A stretch of 64,000 nucleotides of DNA from positions 14,566 through 78,565 of the forward strand of contig CAZNZL010000001.1 of assembly GCA_964577565.1 (NCBI GenBank), given 5' to 3'. Each line of letters starts with the position of its first letter. The first letter of the stretch is position 1. Source of the stretch: an uncultured Candidatus Saccharibacteria bacterium (GTDB lineage: Bacteria > Patescibacteriota > Saccharimonadia > Saccharimonadales > JAGQNJ01). This document shows, piece after piece, positions 44,569 to 52,785 of the stretch. The position numbers and the translations under genes were made by a program. The notes below the pieces were generated by a model, which saw nothing but the letters and a program-made list of their open reading frames with translations, did not search any database and was not told where the DNA came from.

Positions 44569-44718
44569 GCTTGTCTCATCTCTGTGACTCAACTGTGTTA
44601 ACAGTGAGACAAAAAGCTTAAAAGTTAAGCCCTTTATCTCACCGCTAACAATAAACTATGTCTGCTTGTCAAATAACAGGGGTGGAATAGATATAATTAC
44701 TCAACACCCTATACTTAT

Positions 44719-44748
44719 ATTATAGCATAGATAGTAGTTAAATGTCAA
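44719..44748 (-). promoter_or_regulatory. sigma-70 promoter on the minus strand (TTGACA, 18 nt spacer, TATAAT, with TGC before the -10) upstream of the GC-rich ORF
   Basis: The minus strand reads TTGACAtttaactactatctatgcTATAAT. Confidence 0.55.
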
Positions 44749-44776
44749 TAGCCATTCAGGGGTGAGAGGTACCAAC

Positions 44777-47065
44777 TTATTTCTTGGTGGCTCTTTTTGG
44801 GAATCTGCGGCGTTTGGCTGGCGCGTCAGCTAACAGTTTTTTGGCTTGGTCTTCTGTTACCTTCTCTGGCTTGACGTCATCAGGTATTTTGGCATTCTTT
44901 TTACCGTCGGTAATATACGGGCCATAGGGGCCGTTTAATACTTTAATGGTGCCAAAATCAGCGATGTTGCGCTTTTTATCTTTGGCAAGTTTCTCTTTGT
45001 ACAGTTTACGTGCCGCTTCTTCTTTGATGGTAAACGGATCATGCGGTTCTTTTAACGAAACAAACGTTTTGTCTACCTTAATGTATGGCCCAAAACGCCC
45101 AATATCAGCCGTAATCTCTTGACCGTCAGCAGTTTTACCGACCACGCGAGGTAACTTAAACATTTTTAGGGCTTCTTCAAGCGTGACTTCTTTAATGTCG
45201 CGACCGGCGGGCATGGGCGCAAATTGTGGTTTTTCTTCATCCTCTACGTCGCCGATTTGCAGCATCGGGCCATACTTGCCGTAGCGTGCAATAACCGGCT
45301 TGCCGGTTTTAGGGTCCTTGCCGAGTTTGCGGCTTTGCGAGGCAACATCACGCGGTACGTCTTCTGCCTTCTTAATTAACGGATGAAAATCTTTATAAAA
45401 TTTAGCGAGCATAGCCTGCCACTTAATTTTGCCGTCTGCAATCTTGTCAAACTCATCTTCAACCTCGGCCGTAAAGCCATAATCTAAGATATCTTCAAAG
45501 TTCTTTACTAAAAAGTCGGTCACCTGTTCTGCTAAAAAGGTCGGCATTAATTTATTGCGGTCAGCGCCGTAGGTTTGCGTATCTTGTTTTTCAGTTACCT
45601 TGTTTTTGGCGAGCGTTAATACTGTGACTTCGCGTTCTTCGCCCTCGGTGTCGCGCTTTTCTACGTACCCGCGGTCTTGGATGGTGCTGATGGTAGGAGC
45701 GTACGTACTTGGCCGGCCAATGCCAAGCTCCTCTAGCTTTTTAACTAGACTGGCCTCTGAATAACGCGCTGGTGCTTTTTTAAACTGCTCGGTTGAGATA
45801 ACTTGGCTAAGATCAACTGTTTGGCCTTCTGTGAGTTCTGGTAGCAGGCTGTCTTTTTGCCCGACGCTGTAAACTTTTATAAAGCCATCAAACTGTAAAA
45901 TTTCACCTTTCGCCAAGAAAGTTTCTTTGCGGGTACTGGGCGTAATAATGGCTTCAGTACGTTCGACTTTGGCGGCGGCCATTTGGCTGGCGACGGCTCG
46001 CTGCCAGATCAAACGGTATAACTTTTTGCTCTGCTCGGTCTTACCTGCACTGGTGGTGCTAATACTCGTGGGCCGAATGGCTTCGTGGGCTTCTTGGGCG
46101 CCCTTTGATTTGGTGGCGAATTTTCGGTTTTCTAGATACTTATCGCCAAACGTCTTTTTAACGTAATCAGTTATTGCCGTAATGGCGGTCTGCGACAGAT
46201 TGGTGCTATCGGTACGCATATAAGTAATGTGGCCGCTTTCATATAGTTCTTGGGCGAGGCGCATGGTTTGCCGTACGCTGTAACCGAGCCGTTGTGAGGC
46301 GATTTGTTGTAAGGTGCTGGTGGTAAACGGTGCGGAAGGGTTACGCGAGGCTGGCTTGTTTGTCACGCTGCTAACGGTAAAATCGGCCTTAACAATATCT
46401 TCTAAAAACTTTTTTGCCTTTTTGTTGTCGTCAAAGCGGACGCTTAACTCGGCATCAAAGGTGCCTTTGGCTGCCTTAAAGGTGCCTATCGTCTTAAAGA
46501 AGGTTTCTTTGGCAAAGTTTTCGATCTCGCGCTCGCGCTCAACAATTAAACGCACAGCTACGGATTGTACACGGCCGGCACTAAGGCCGGTTTTGACTTT
46601 CTTCCAGAGTACCGGGCTAAGCTCATACCCTACTAAGCGATCCAGCACGCGGCGAGCTTGCTGTGCGTCGACCAGTTTAATATCAACGTTACGCGGCTTG
46701 GCCACGGCGGCCTCAATAGCTGGTTTGGTAATCTCGTGAAAGACAATGCGCTTGGTTTTTTTAGCGTCAAGATTTAGGGCTGAGCATAAATGCCACGCAA
46801 TGGCTTCGCCTTCGCGGTCTTCATCGCTGGCGAGCCAGACAGTTTTGCCTTTAGCGGCTTTTTTAAGCTCATTCACCACCTTTTTCTTATCTTCAGAAAT
46901 TTCGTAGGTTGGCTCAAAATTTTTCTCAATATCAACCGAGATGCCTTTACTTGGAAGGTCTCTAATGTGCCCAAAACTACTCTTAACGGTAAAGTCTTTG
47001 CCTAAATAATTGGCAATGGTCTTAGCTTTGGCTGGGCTCTCAACAATGACTAAGTTTTTGCTCAT
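44777..47065 (-). CDS. topA: DNA topoisomerase I
   Basis: The Toprim N-terminus is present (LVIVESPAKAKTIANYLG), along with the active-site region ITYMRTDS and a C-terminal Lys-rich tail. 762 aa. Confidence 0.95.
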   Translation of the reverse strand: MSKNLVIVESPAKAKTIANYLGKDFTVKSSFGHIRDLPSKGISVDIEKNFEPTYEISEDKKKVVNELKKAAKGKTVWLASDEDREGEAIAWHLCSALNLDAKKTKRIVFHEITKPAIEAAVAKPRNVDIKLVDAQQARRVLDRLVGYELSPVLWKKVKTGLSAGRVQSVAVRLIVEREREIENFAKETFFKTIGTFKAAKGTFDAELSVRFDDNKKAKKFLEDIVKADFTVSSVTNKPASRNPSAPFTTSTLQQIASQRLGYSVRQTMRLAQELYESGHITYMRTDSTNLSQTAITAITDYVKKTFGDKYLENRKFATKSKGAQEAHEAIRPTSISTTSAGKTEQSKKLYRLIWQRAVASQMAAAKVERTEAIITPSTRKETFLAKGEILQFDGFIKVYSVGQKDSLLPELTEGQTVDLSQVISTEQFKKAPARYSEASLVKKLEELGIGRPSTYAPTISTIQDRGYVEKRDTEGEEREVTVLTLAKNKVTEKQDTQTYGADRNKLMPTFLAEQVTDFLVKNFEDILDYGFTAEVEDEFDKIADGKIKWQAMLAKFYKDFHPLIKKAEDVPRDVASQSRKLGKDPKTGKPVIARYGKYGPMLQIGDVEDEEKPQFAPMPAGRDIKEVTLEEALKMFKLPRVVGKTADGQEITADIGRFGPYIKVDKTFVSLKEPHDPFTIKEEAARKLYKEKLAKDKKRNIADFGTIKVLNGPYGPYITDGKKNAKIPDDVKPEKVTEDQAKKLLADAPAKRRRFPKRATKK

Positions 47066-47201
47066 TCGCCTGCCTTAGTATAAAATTTATGATTCTTCAG
47101 ATGTAGTTTTTGCATGACTGTGCTCATATTGCTTTAGTTTATCAAAATATTTACGATACCAAAGCGTGATAATAAGCTAAATAGATATAATATGCAAACT
47201 T

Positions 47202-48065
47202 TTAAACCAGGCGCCAGTGGTTATTGCCGAGTGGTTGTATCACGGCGTTAATTTCTAAGATAGTTAGTGTTTGGTTAAAGATTTGTGGTTCAAGCTGGCT
47301 CTCAGCAAGCAATACAGAACCATCAGTTATGCCTTGCTTTAGTAAGGTAATAAGTGCCTGTTCCTCTGCGCTATAAGCTTGTACAGTCGCTTGCTGTTTG
47401 GTATCTATACCAAGTAGATCGAGCACGTCTTTTGTGGCGGTTAATGGCAATGCTCCTGCTTTTATAAGATTGTTTGTGCCTTTGCTGAGCGGGCTGGTAA
47501 TTGGCCCTGGCACTGCCATGACCGTTTTACCTTGGTTTAAGGCAAATGATGCGGTATGGATGGTGCCGCTATTCTCTGCTGCCTCAGTTATGATGACAAT
47601 ATCACCCAAAGCTGAGACGAGACGATTTCGAGCAATAAAATTTTGCCGCAGCGGCGGTGTGCCTTCATCGAACTCGGTTAGGAGTGCGCCGCCCGTATCA
47701 ATGATTTGTTTTGCAAGACCTCGGTGAGTTGCCGGATAAACCATTTCTGGACCGCAAGGTAATACTGCGATTGTTTGGCCGTCTGCCTCAATGCAGGCTT
47801 GGTGGGCAACGCTATCGATGCCGAGCGCCAAACCGCTTATAATGACACCGCCTGACCGGGCAATTTCAGTGGCTAATTTTTGGGTCACTGCTCGACCGTA
47901 AGGTGTTGGCTTGCGGCTTCCAACAATACTTACAGTGGGCTTAAAAAGCAGTTCACGGGGGTTACTACCCCTGTAGAAAATTTGTCTTGGCGGTGCATCA
48001 ATAACGCGCAAACGTTCTGGTATCTGCTGACCTACGAGCTTATGCTTAGTATAATTATTTTGCAT
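47202..48065 (-). CDS. dprA: DNA processing protein DprA (Smf)
   Basis: VSIVGSRKPTPYG and SGLALGIDSVAHQACI are present. It lies adjacent to topA, a frequent synteny. Confidence 0.9.
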   Translation of the reverse strand: MQNNYTKHKLVGQQIPERLRVIDAPPRQIFYRGSNPRELLFKPTVSIVGSRKPTPYGRAVTQKLATEIARSGGVIISGLALGIDSVAHQACIEADGQTIAVLPCGPEMVYPATHRGLAKQIIDTGGALLTEFDEGTPPLRQNFIARNRLVSALGDIVIITEAAENSGTIHTASFALNQGKTVMAVPGPITSPLSKGTNNLIKAGALPLTATKDVLDLLGIDTKQQATVQAYSAEEQALITLLKQGITDGSVLLAESQLEPQIFNQTLTILEINAVIQPLGNNHWRLV

Positions 48066-48088
48066 GACTTACAAAATCGTTAAATAGT

Positions 48089-48117
48089 ATTGACATAATG
48101 TAACATATTTGCTAAAA
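48089..48117 (+). promoter_or_regulatory. consensus sigma-70 promoter (TTGACA, 17 nt spacer, TAAAAT, with TGC before the -10) driving the ORF-free structured region
   Basis: The sequence reads TTGACAtaatgtaacatatttgcTAAAAT. The predicted transcription start is near 48124. Confidence 0.6.
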
Positions 48118-48123
48118 TAGCAA

Positions 48124-48570
48124 CCCGTAAGTCCTTGTTAGGATTTTACGTACCTTATACCCCCATTCTAACATCCGTATTTACGGATATCGTTAGATTG
48201 TTTTAGAGCGCGCTTATTCGAGTTGTTACCCTCCACTTGGTGAGCATAAGCCGGCCTAGCCGGTAACGCTCTAAAACAGACTAACCCCTTTAACTCCCCC
48301 ACAAAAAGGCAACTTTTTGCGGGGGCCCCTGTTAATCAGGGTTCCCAATCAATGGTGAATATCAAGTATGGCTCATAGAGCCGGCGCAAGTCTTTATGGA
48401 GTTTTGGACATTGACGCTTCACCGGGGTGGGTTGAAGGGTGTATTGGTTCCCCATAAATCAAAAGCTAACGCTGAGATTTATGGGGACCCCTAGTTTTAA
48501 GGCTTGAGCGTGTGTTTGAGCCCTGAAATCGGCTTACAGCGGTGCCCACCCCCTCTGTAGGCCGTTTTTT
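48124..48570 (+). ncRNA. candidate structured ncRNA of unknown class (about 450 nt)
   Basis: A promoter lies upstream and an intrinsic terminator at the 3' end. No ORF of 60 aa or more exists in any frame. Seven local helices include two perfect 11-bp stems (48199-48209/48266-48276 and 48449-48459/48475-48485) and a 13-position stem capped by a GCAA tetraloop (48295-48324). There are many G-runs and C-runs with long-range complementarity. Confidence 0.5.
48530..48570 (+). terminator. rho-independent terminator closing the candidate ncRNA
   Basis: GGCTTACAG at 48530-48538 pairs with CTGTAGGCC at 48554-48562 (9 bp including one G-T pair). A GTTTTTTG tract follows. Confidence 0.6.
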
Positions 48571-48696
48571 GTGCCCAACCACTTTCAGTGGTCTCAGCTC
48601 TTCGTATATGGCAACAAGTTTCCATCAGAAGATGCCCTTGCAGACAGTCACCGACTGTCTTCACCCTCTAGAGGCTCTTTTAGTAGAATGATAGTT

Positions 48697-49272
48697 ATGA
48701 AAATCACTGAACAATACGAATTTACAGAACTTACACCTGAAGCAGTAGATTGCTGTGTTGAACATGGAGCAGCGAATCTTTCTGGCTTTCTTTCAGAAGC
48801 CACGCTTAGATATATCAAAGAAAGAGGTTTTCCTGTTCGGCAAGAGGTTGCAGAGACGGTTGATGCAAAACTAACTAAATTAATGAGGGTTTTCGGTATC
48901 GGCGGCTTACCTAAGGTCAGTATAGAGCAAGCCTCGCTTGTGCAAATGGCAATTGAAACTATTCCGAGCTTCGATGATCCCGCACGTCTAGACTTTCATA
49001 CTGATAGTATTCAGCGCAACGGTGTATCCTTTTTGATACCTATAAGTGGCAGTTCAGCTCGGTTTGAATTTAGGGATATAGGTGAATACGAGCCAGAGGC
49101 TGTAACCTACATGCCAGGCGACATATTGTTACTGAGGCAATATATTGAAACCTATAACGGCAGGATCATTAGACGACCTCAAATAGAACATCGCGGTATA
49201 GCACCCAGCCCGCGAAGCATCTATACTGTAGACCTACACGATAAGCATTTGGTTACTGACTTTACAGTATAA
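48697..49272 (+). CDS. hypothetical protein, possible HxD...H (cupin/2OG-oxygenase-like) fold
   Basis: DFHTDS, then about 75 aa, then IEHRG. I prefer the ATG at 48697 (MKITEQYEF) because TAGAAT at 48684-48689 lies 7 nt upstream. The longer ORF from the GTG at 48571 would start inside the terminator. Confidence 0.45.
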   Translation: MKITEQYEFTELTPEAVDCCVEHGAANLSGFLSEATLRYIKERGFPVRQEVAETVDAKLTKLMRVFGIGGLPKVSIEQASLVQMAIETIPSFDDPARLDFHTDSIQRNGVSFLIPISGSSARFEFRDIGEYEPEAVTYMPGDILLLRQYIETYNGRIIRRPQIEHRGIAPSPRSIYTVDLHDKHLVTDFTV

Positions 49273-49897
49273 AATTTCGCGTGTCTGGGTAAAGCTCGCC
49301 GCGATAAATAACTTCTACAAGTATGCTCTGTACTTCACGCATAAGGAGTGGCAGGTGTTTTTGCTCTTCGCCTGAAAATTTAGATAAAACAAAATCAGAG
49401 GTGTCTTCACCGTGAGGCTTGCCGTTTTCAATACCGATGCGAACTCTGCCAAAGTTATCACCAACATGGTTCACGAGTGACTTTATACCGTTATGGCCCG
49501 CTGTACCGCCGCCTATGCGTGTTCTGATTTGACCAAACGGCAGATCAAGCTCGTCGTGTACGACAACACAGTGCGTAATGGGCACTTTAAAGTAATCTAA
49601 AACCGCCCTAACGCTTCTGCCGCTTTCATTCATATATGTTGACGGTTTTAAAAGCAGTACCTTGGTTGCACCAAACGTACCGGCTGCCAGGCTTCCCTGC
49701 AGCGCTTTCTTCTCTTGCCAGGCTGAAAACTCACTCTGAGCGCTCTGGAGGGCGTCTACGCAGGCAAAACCAACGTTATGCCGGGTTTTATCGTATTGCT
49801 TGCCGACATTGCCCAGGCCGACGATTACAATGGTCTTATCGGTGGCTGCGGTGTAACTGGCGCTATGCTCGATATTTTTATTAACAAACAATCCCAT
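49262..49897 (-). CDS. pth: peptidyl-tRNA hydrolase
   Basis: IVIVGLGNVGKQYDKTRHNVGF and GTAGHNGIKS are present. Confidence 0.9.
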   Translation of the reverse strand: MGLFVNKNIEHSASYTAATDKTIVIVGLGNVGKQYDKTRHNVGFACVDALQSAQSEFSAWQEKKALQGSLAAGTFGATKVLLLKPSTYMNESGRSVRAVLDYFKVPITHCVVVHDELDLPFGQIRTRIGGGTAGHNGIKSLVNHVGDNFGRVRIGIENGKPHGEDTSDFVLSKFSGEEQKHLPLLMREVQSILVEVIYRGELYPDTRNFIL

Positions 49898-49920
49898 ATG
49901 CTACTGAGTATAGCAGAGGC

Positions 49921-50523
49921 TTATTTTGTTGGCGCGGTAGGTGCGGAAGAAGGTTGTATTGATGCATGTGCAACGTAGACCCGAGATGATTGCTGGGTAG
50001 TCCATACAGCGAGACTTGTTACATGAAGCCCTCCCCGAGAAACATAATATGGTCGACCACAGATTGTTTGGTAAGTCTTGCCGCTTCCATTCAGGGATTG
50101 ATTTCTATATCCATCTCGGGCTGTTCCTGTTGTAACACCAAGGGTAAATTTACTCGTTGAACTAACTCCCCTTGCCTTTACACAGATGCGAAAATAGCCA
50201 CCACCATCCATGACAACCTCCTTATCTCTACTTACTGATCCACCGGGTTCAATCGCGATAACGTTTTTGTTAGCTTTGTCAGTGTCAGCAGTATTGTCTA
50301 TAACAATGGAGGATCCGGTGCTAATTCTAGCATTACTAGCATTTAATATATGATAGGTAGTAGCGGCAAAACTCCTATACGTAAACCAACCACCACCCAT
50401 GACTGCTACAAGCAATATGACGGCAATAAAGCGGTTTCTTGATGAATTTAGGTTAATTTTGCCGAAAAGACTTATTTTATTCGCACTGCTGGTGCGTTTA
50501 GTTGATTTGGTCGTTTTTGCCAT
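49921..50523 (-). CDS. hypothetical membrane-anchored secreted protein (paralog 1)
   Basis: The basic N-terminus plus TM helix (RFIAVILLVAVMGGGWFTYRSFAAT) is nearly identical to that of the next gene. The ectodomain is divergent and beta-rich. Confidence 0.5.
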   Translation of the reverse strand: MAKTTKSTKRTSSANKISLFGKINLNSSRNRFIAVILLVAVMGGGWFTYRSFAATTYHILNASNARISTGSSIVIDNTADTDKANKNVIAIEPGGSVSRDKEVVMDGGGYFRICVKARGVSSTSKFTLGVTTGTARDGYRNQSLNGSGKTYQTICGRPYYVSRGGLHVTSLAVWTTQQSSRVYVAHASIQPSSAPTAPTK

Positions 50524-50558
50524 TGTTTGTCCTTTCTGGTTCTATGGGTCTATGCTTA

Positions 50559-51155
50559 CTATTTGACTGGTGTAGATGGAGCGGGTTTGCTATCTGTTTT
50601 AACAAAAATTTTTGCTACGTAGACATTGACACTAGTTGGGTTGCTTACAGAAAGAACGCCACCTGTTAATGCCGAACCGAATGGTCCTTGATTGTCACCA
50701 CATACATCAGTCCAACCCGTAGTTGCTTTAATATCCCATACTCCACCTCTATTTGTGAAGCCAATACCTGCGTTAATCGTAACGGCTTTATCTGCGCGTA
50801 CGGTGGCACAGTACTGTAGGGTCGCATTTCCTGGAATCGTAAGACTTTTTGTATAAGCCTCACCGCCTTTAGCTAGCCTATACATCGGCATGTTATTTTT
50901 ATTCGAATCTGTGGCATTAAATGCATTAACTCCTAATGTTTTGGCGTTCAAACAGTTGGAAGGTGTACATTGAACGTATATATTTGTAGGTGTTGCGGCA
51001 AAACTCCTATAGGTAAACCACCCACCACCCATGACTGCTACAAGCAATATTGCTGCGACGAAGCGCGTCTTTGGGGAGCTTAAATTGATTTTACTGAAAA
51101 TGCCTTTTCTCTTCGCACTAGTCGTACGTTTAGTTGTTTTGCTGGTTTTTGCCAT
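50559..51155 (-). CDS. hypothetical membrane-anchored secreted protein (paralog 2)
   Basis: It shares MAKT.K.TKRT.SA... and LLVAVMGGGWFTYRSFAAT with 49921-50523. The C-terminal end is similar (VYVA...P.S.P..P.K). Confidence 0.5.
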   Translation of the reverse strand: MAKTSKTTKRTTSAKRKGIFSKINLSSPKTRFVAAILLVAVMGGGWFTYRSFAATPTNIYVQCTPSNCLNAKTLGVNAFNATDSNKNNMPMYRLAKGGEAYTKSLTIPGNATLQYCATVRADKAVTINAGIGFTNRGGVWDIKATTGWTDVCGDNQGPFGSALTGGVLSVSNPTSVNVYVAKIFVKTDSKPAPSTPVK

Positions 51156-51286
51156 GGTATTCCTTTTTATGTTTGGTTATTTATAAGCATAAGGGTAATG
51201 GATAGCGGTTAGTTTGTCAAATGCCTGTATGCATCGTTTAGCAAATCTTACAATGGTACGCTATATATAGCGTATATACACCATAT

Positions 51287-52717
51287 TTAGCGTACCTTTC
51301 TTTTCTTGGCCTGCTTCGCGCTCTTTCTTTGGCGTTTAGCTAATGCTTTGTAGGTCCTAGAGTGAGGGAGCCACCGTATAATAAACGCGCCTGCAATAAT
51401 CGCCCCAATCCAGACAAGCCATTCCCCAACTTGCGTGTAAAACGTGTGCTTGGTATTGTTTTGCACGGTAACGTCTACCACTTGAATGCCTGTGGCTTCT
51501 TTTAGGGTTTTGCCGTTGTGGTCTAGGGCGTAAGCACGTGCGCTATTGGCAGATTGTAAAAAGTAACGGGCATTGGCGGTGGCCATAAAGCGGGCCAATG
51601 ACTTTTGCTGCCATGCAAACAGCGGCGAGCCCTTAAAAATAGTTAGCGAGGCCGAGTTCGTAAAGGCAGTAGCGCCCTGGCTGGCAAACAGACGGTAATC
51701 TTGGGGCGAAATGATACTAGAGCATACTGCCGAACCAATGACGGTATTCTCGCCCAAATTGTATGGCTGTAATGCTCGAGGACCCTTTAAGACCCCTTTG
51801 GCATAACTAAAGTAATCGAGGGTGTCTTTTTGGTTGGTGGCTCGCAGGCCGGTACGCACGGCAAATGGCAAGTCTTCACCGCCCGGAATAAGGCGGTATT
51901 TATCCTGGCGCGAGATGATGCCGTTTTTACTATCGCCAAAGAGTAATGAATTATAGTGCCCTACTCTATCATCAGGATTAATTTGCTTTGACCCTAAAAA
52001 GAAGGTGGCGGTTGTAGAATTATCGCTTTTTTGTATTCGGTCTTGATAGTTGGTGTTGTCGATGTTGTCTAGGCCGTATTCCGGAAACACCACCAGTTTG
52101 GTGTTGTGGCCATTAATGACAGGTACGCGCTCGTTGAGCGTCTCGGTAATGATTTTTGCATCAAATTGCGAGCCCTCGGCCTTATTCCAGGTGGCGTGTC
52201 CAATAATGGCAGTAAGGCACAAAAGGATAATGACCGGTATTGACCAGACTCGGTATGTTTTATTCCACAGCAGATAGCTACCCAACCAAAAAAAGCCAGC
52301 TAGCCCGTAAAAGCCAACTAGACGGCTGGCAAACCCTAACGGGGTGTTAATTAAAATGAGCGCTGGCGAACTTAACGGCAGTACGTTATCAAGGCTGCCT
52401 TCTGGTCCGATCCAGATTATGGCTGGCAACCATGAAATCAAGAAATCTACCAGTGCAAAAAGCGGAATGCTGGCTAAAATAGCTAGGGGCAACGGGATTT
52501 TTCTAAACAGGTGGCCAATTAAGCGCAGCGACTTCCAAAAAATTGCAACCGACAGCGCCGTATTAAAAATTAAGACAATGATGGCAACGGTTAGACCCTG
52601 GTACGGGTCGCCTGCGAGGTCTAACGAGTCGGTAAACAGTACCCACGACCACGAAAACGCAAACCATGAGGCCAGCACCAGCAGTGCGCGATTTTCTAAG
52701 TATTTTTTGATGTTCAT
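51287..52717 (-). CDS. lnt: apolipoprotein N-acyltransferase-like protein (polytopic N-terminal domain plus CN-hydrolase domain)
   Basis: Multiple N-terminal TM helices are followed by a nitrilase/CN-hydrolase domain with the catalytic Glu context VVFPEYG and the Cys context GSAVCSS. I prefer the start at ATG 52717 (MNIKKYLE). Confidence 0.65.
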   Translation of the reverse strand: MNIKKYLENRALLVLASWFAFSWSWVLFTDSLDLAGDPYQGLTVAIIVLIFNTALSVAIFWKSLRLIGHLFRKIPLPLAILASIPLFALVDFLISWLPAIIWIGPEGSLDNVLPLSSPALILINTPLGFASRLVGFYGLAGFFWLGSYLLWNKTYRVWSIPVIILLCLTAIIGHATWNKAEGSQFDAKIITETLNERVPVINGHNTKLVVFPEYGLDNIDNTNYQDRIQKSDNSTTATFFLGSKQINPDDRVGHYNSLLFGDSKNGIISRQDKYRLIPGGEDLPFAVRTGLRATNQKDTLDYFSYAKGVLKGPRALQPYNLGENTVIGSAVCSSIISPQDYRLFASQGATAFTNSASLTIFKGSPLFAWQQKSLARFMATANARYFLQSANSARAYALDHNGKTLKEATGIQVVDVTVQNNTKHTFYTQVGEWLVWIGAIIAGAFIIRWLPHSRTYKALAKRQRKSAKQAKKRKVR

Positions 52718-52785
52718 AACGATATGCTTACTTAAAGCATAGAGGTTACGCTTACATACTGTCAAGGCGTTGACCAACGCAGGGC

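Noticed and set aside
44218-44587. Several overlapping ORFs on both strands inside the GC-rich gene (44218-44472 +, 44241-44438 -, 44342-44587 +, 43964-44191 -).
   Set aside because: High GC suppresses stop codons in all frames. Only the 44095-44568 minus frame shows a recognisable protein-family pattern and has a promoter.
48199-48276. GTTTTAGAGC at 48199 is identical to the first 10 nt of the well-known type II-A (SpCas9) CRISPR repeat. It pairs with a downstream GCTCTAAAAC like a repeat:anti-repeat duplex.
   Set aside because: There is no repeat array, no spacers and no cas genes anywhere in the window. A 10-nt match is weak, and the helix is better explained as one stem of the larger structured RNA.
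48126-48536. RNase P RNA. GUAAGUCC (48126-48133) can pair with GGCUUAC (48530-48536), leaving a bulged U as in helix P4. GGCUUACAG matches the 3' region of Bacillus-type RNase P RNA as I recall it.
   Set aside because: The universally conserved GAGGAAAGUCC context is absent. The P4 pairing cannot extend beyond 7 bp. The predicted transcription start leaves no room for P1-P3. GGCUUACAG also forms the terminator stem. I kept RNase P only as something to test with a covariance model.
48124-48570. tmRNA, 6S RNA or SRP RNA identity for the structured region.
   Set aside because: There is no tRNA-like T-arm or acceptor with GGUUCGAAUCC...CCA. There is no plausible tag reading frame ending in ...AA followed by a stop. 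The SRP helix 8 motif (GGAA tetraloop with AGCAGC) is missing. I cannot judge 6S by eye.
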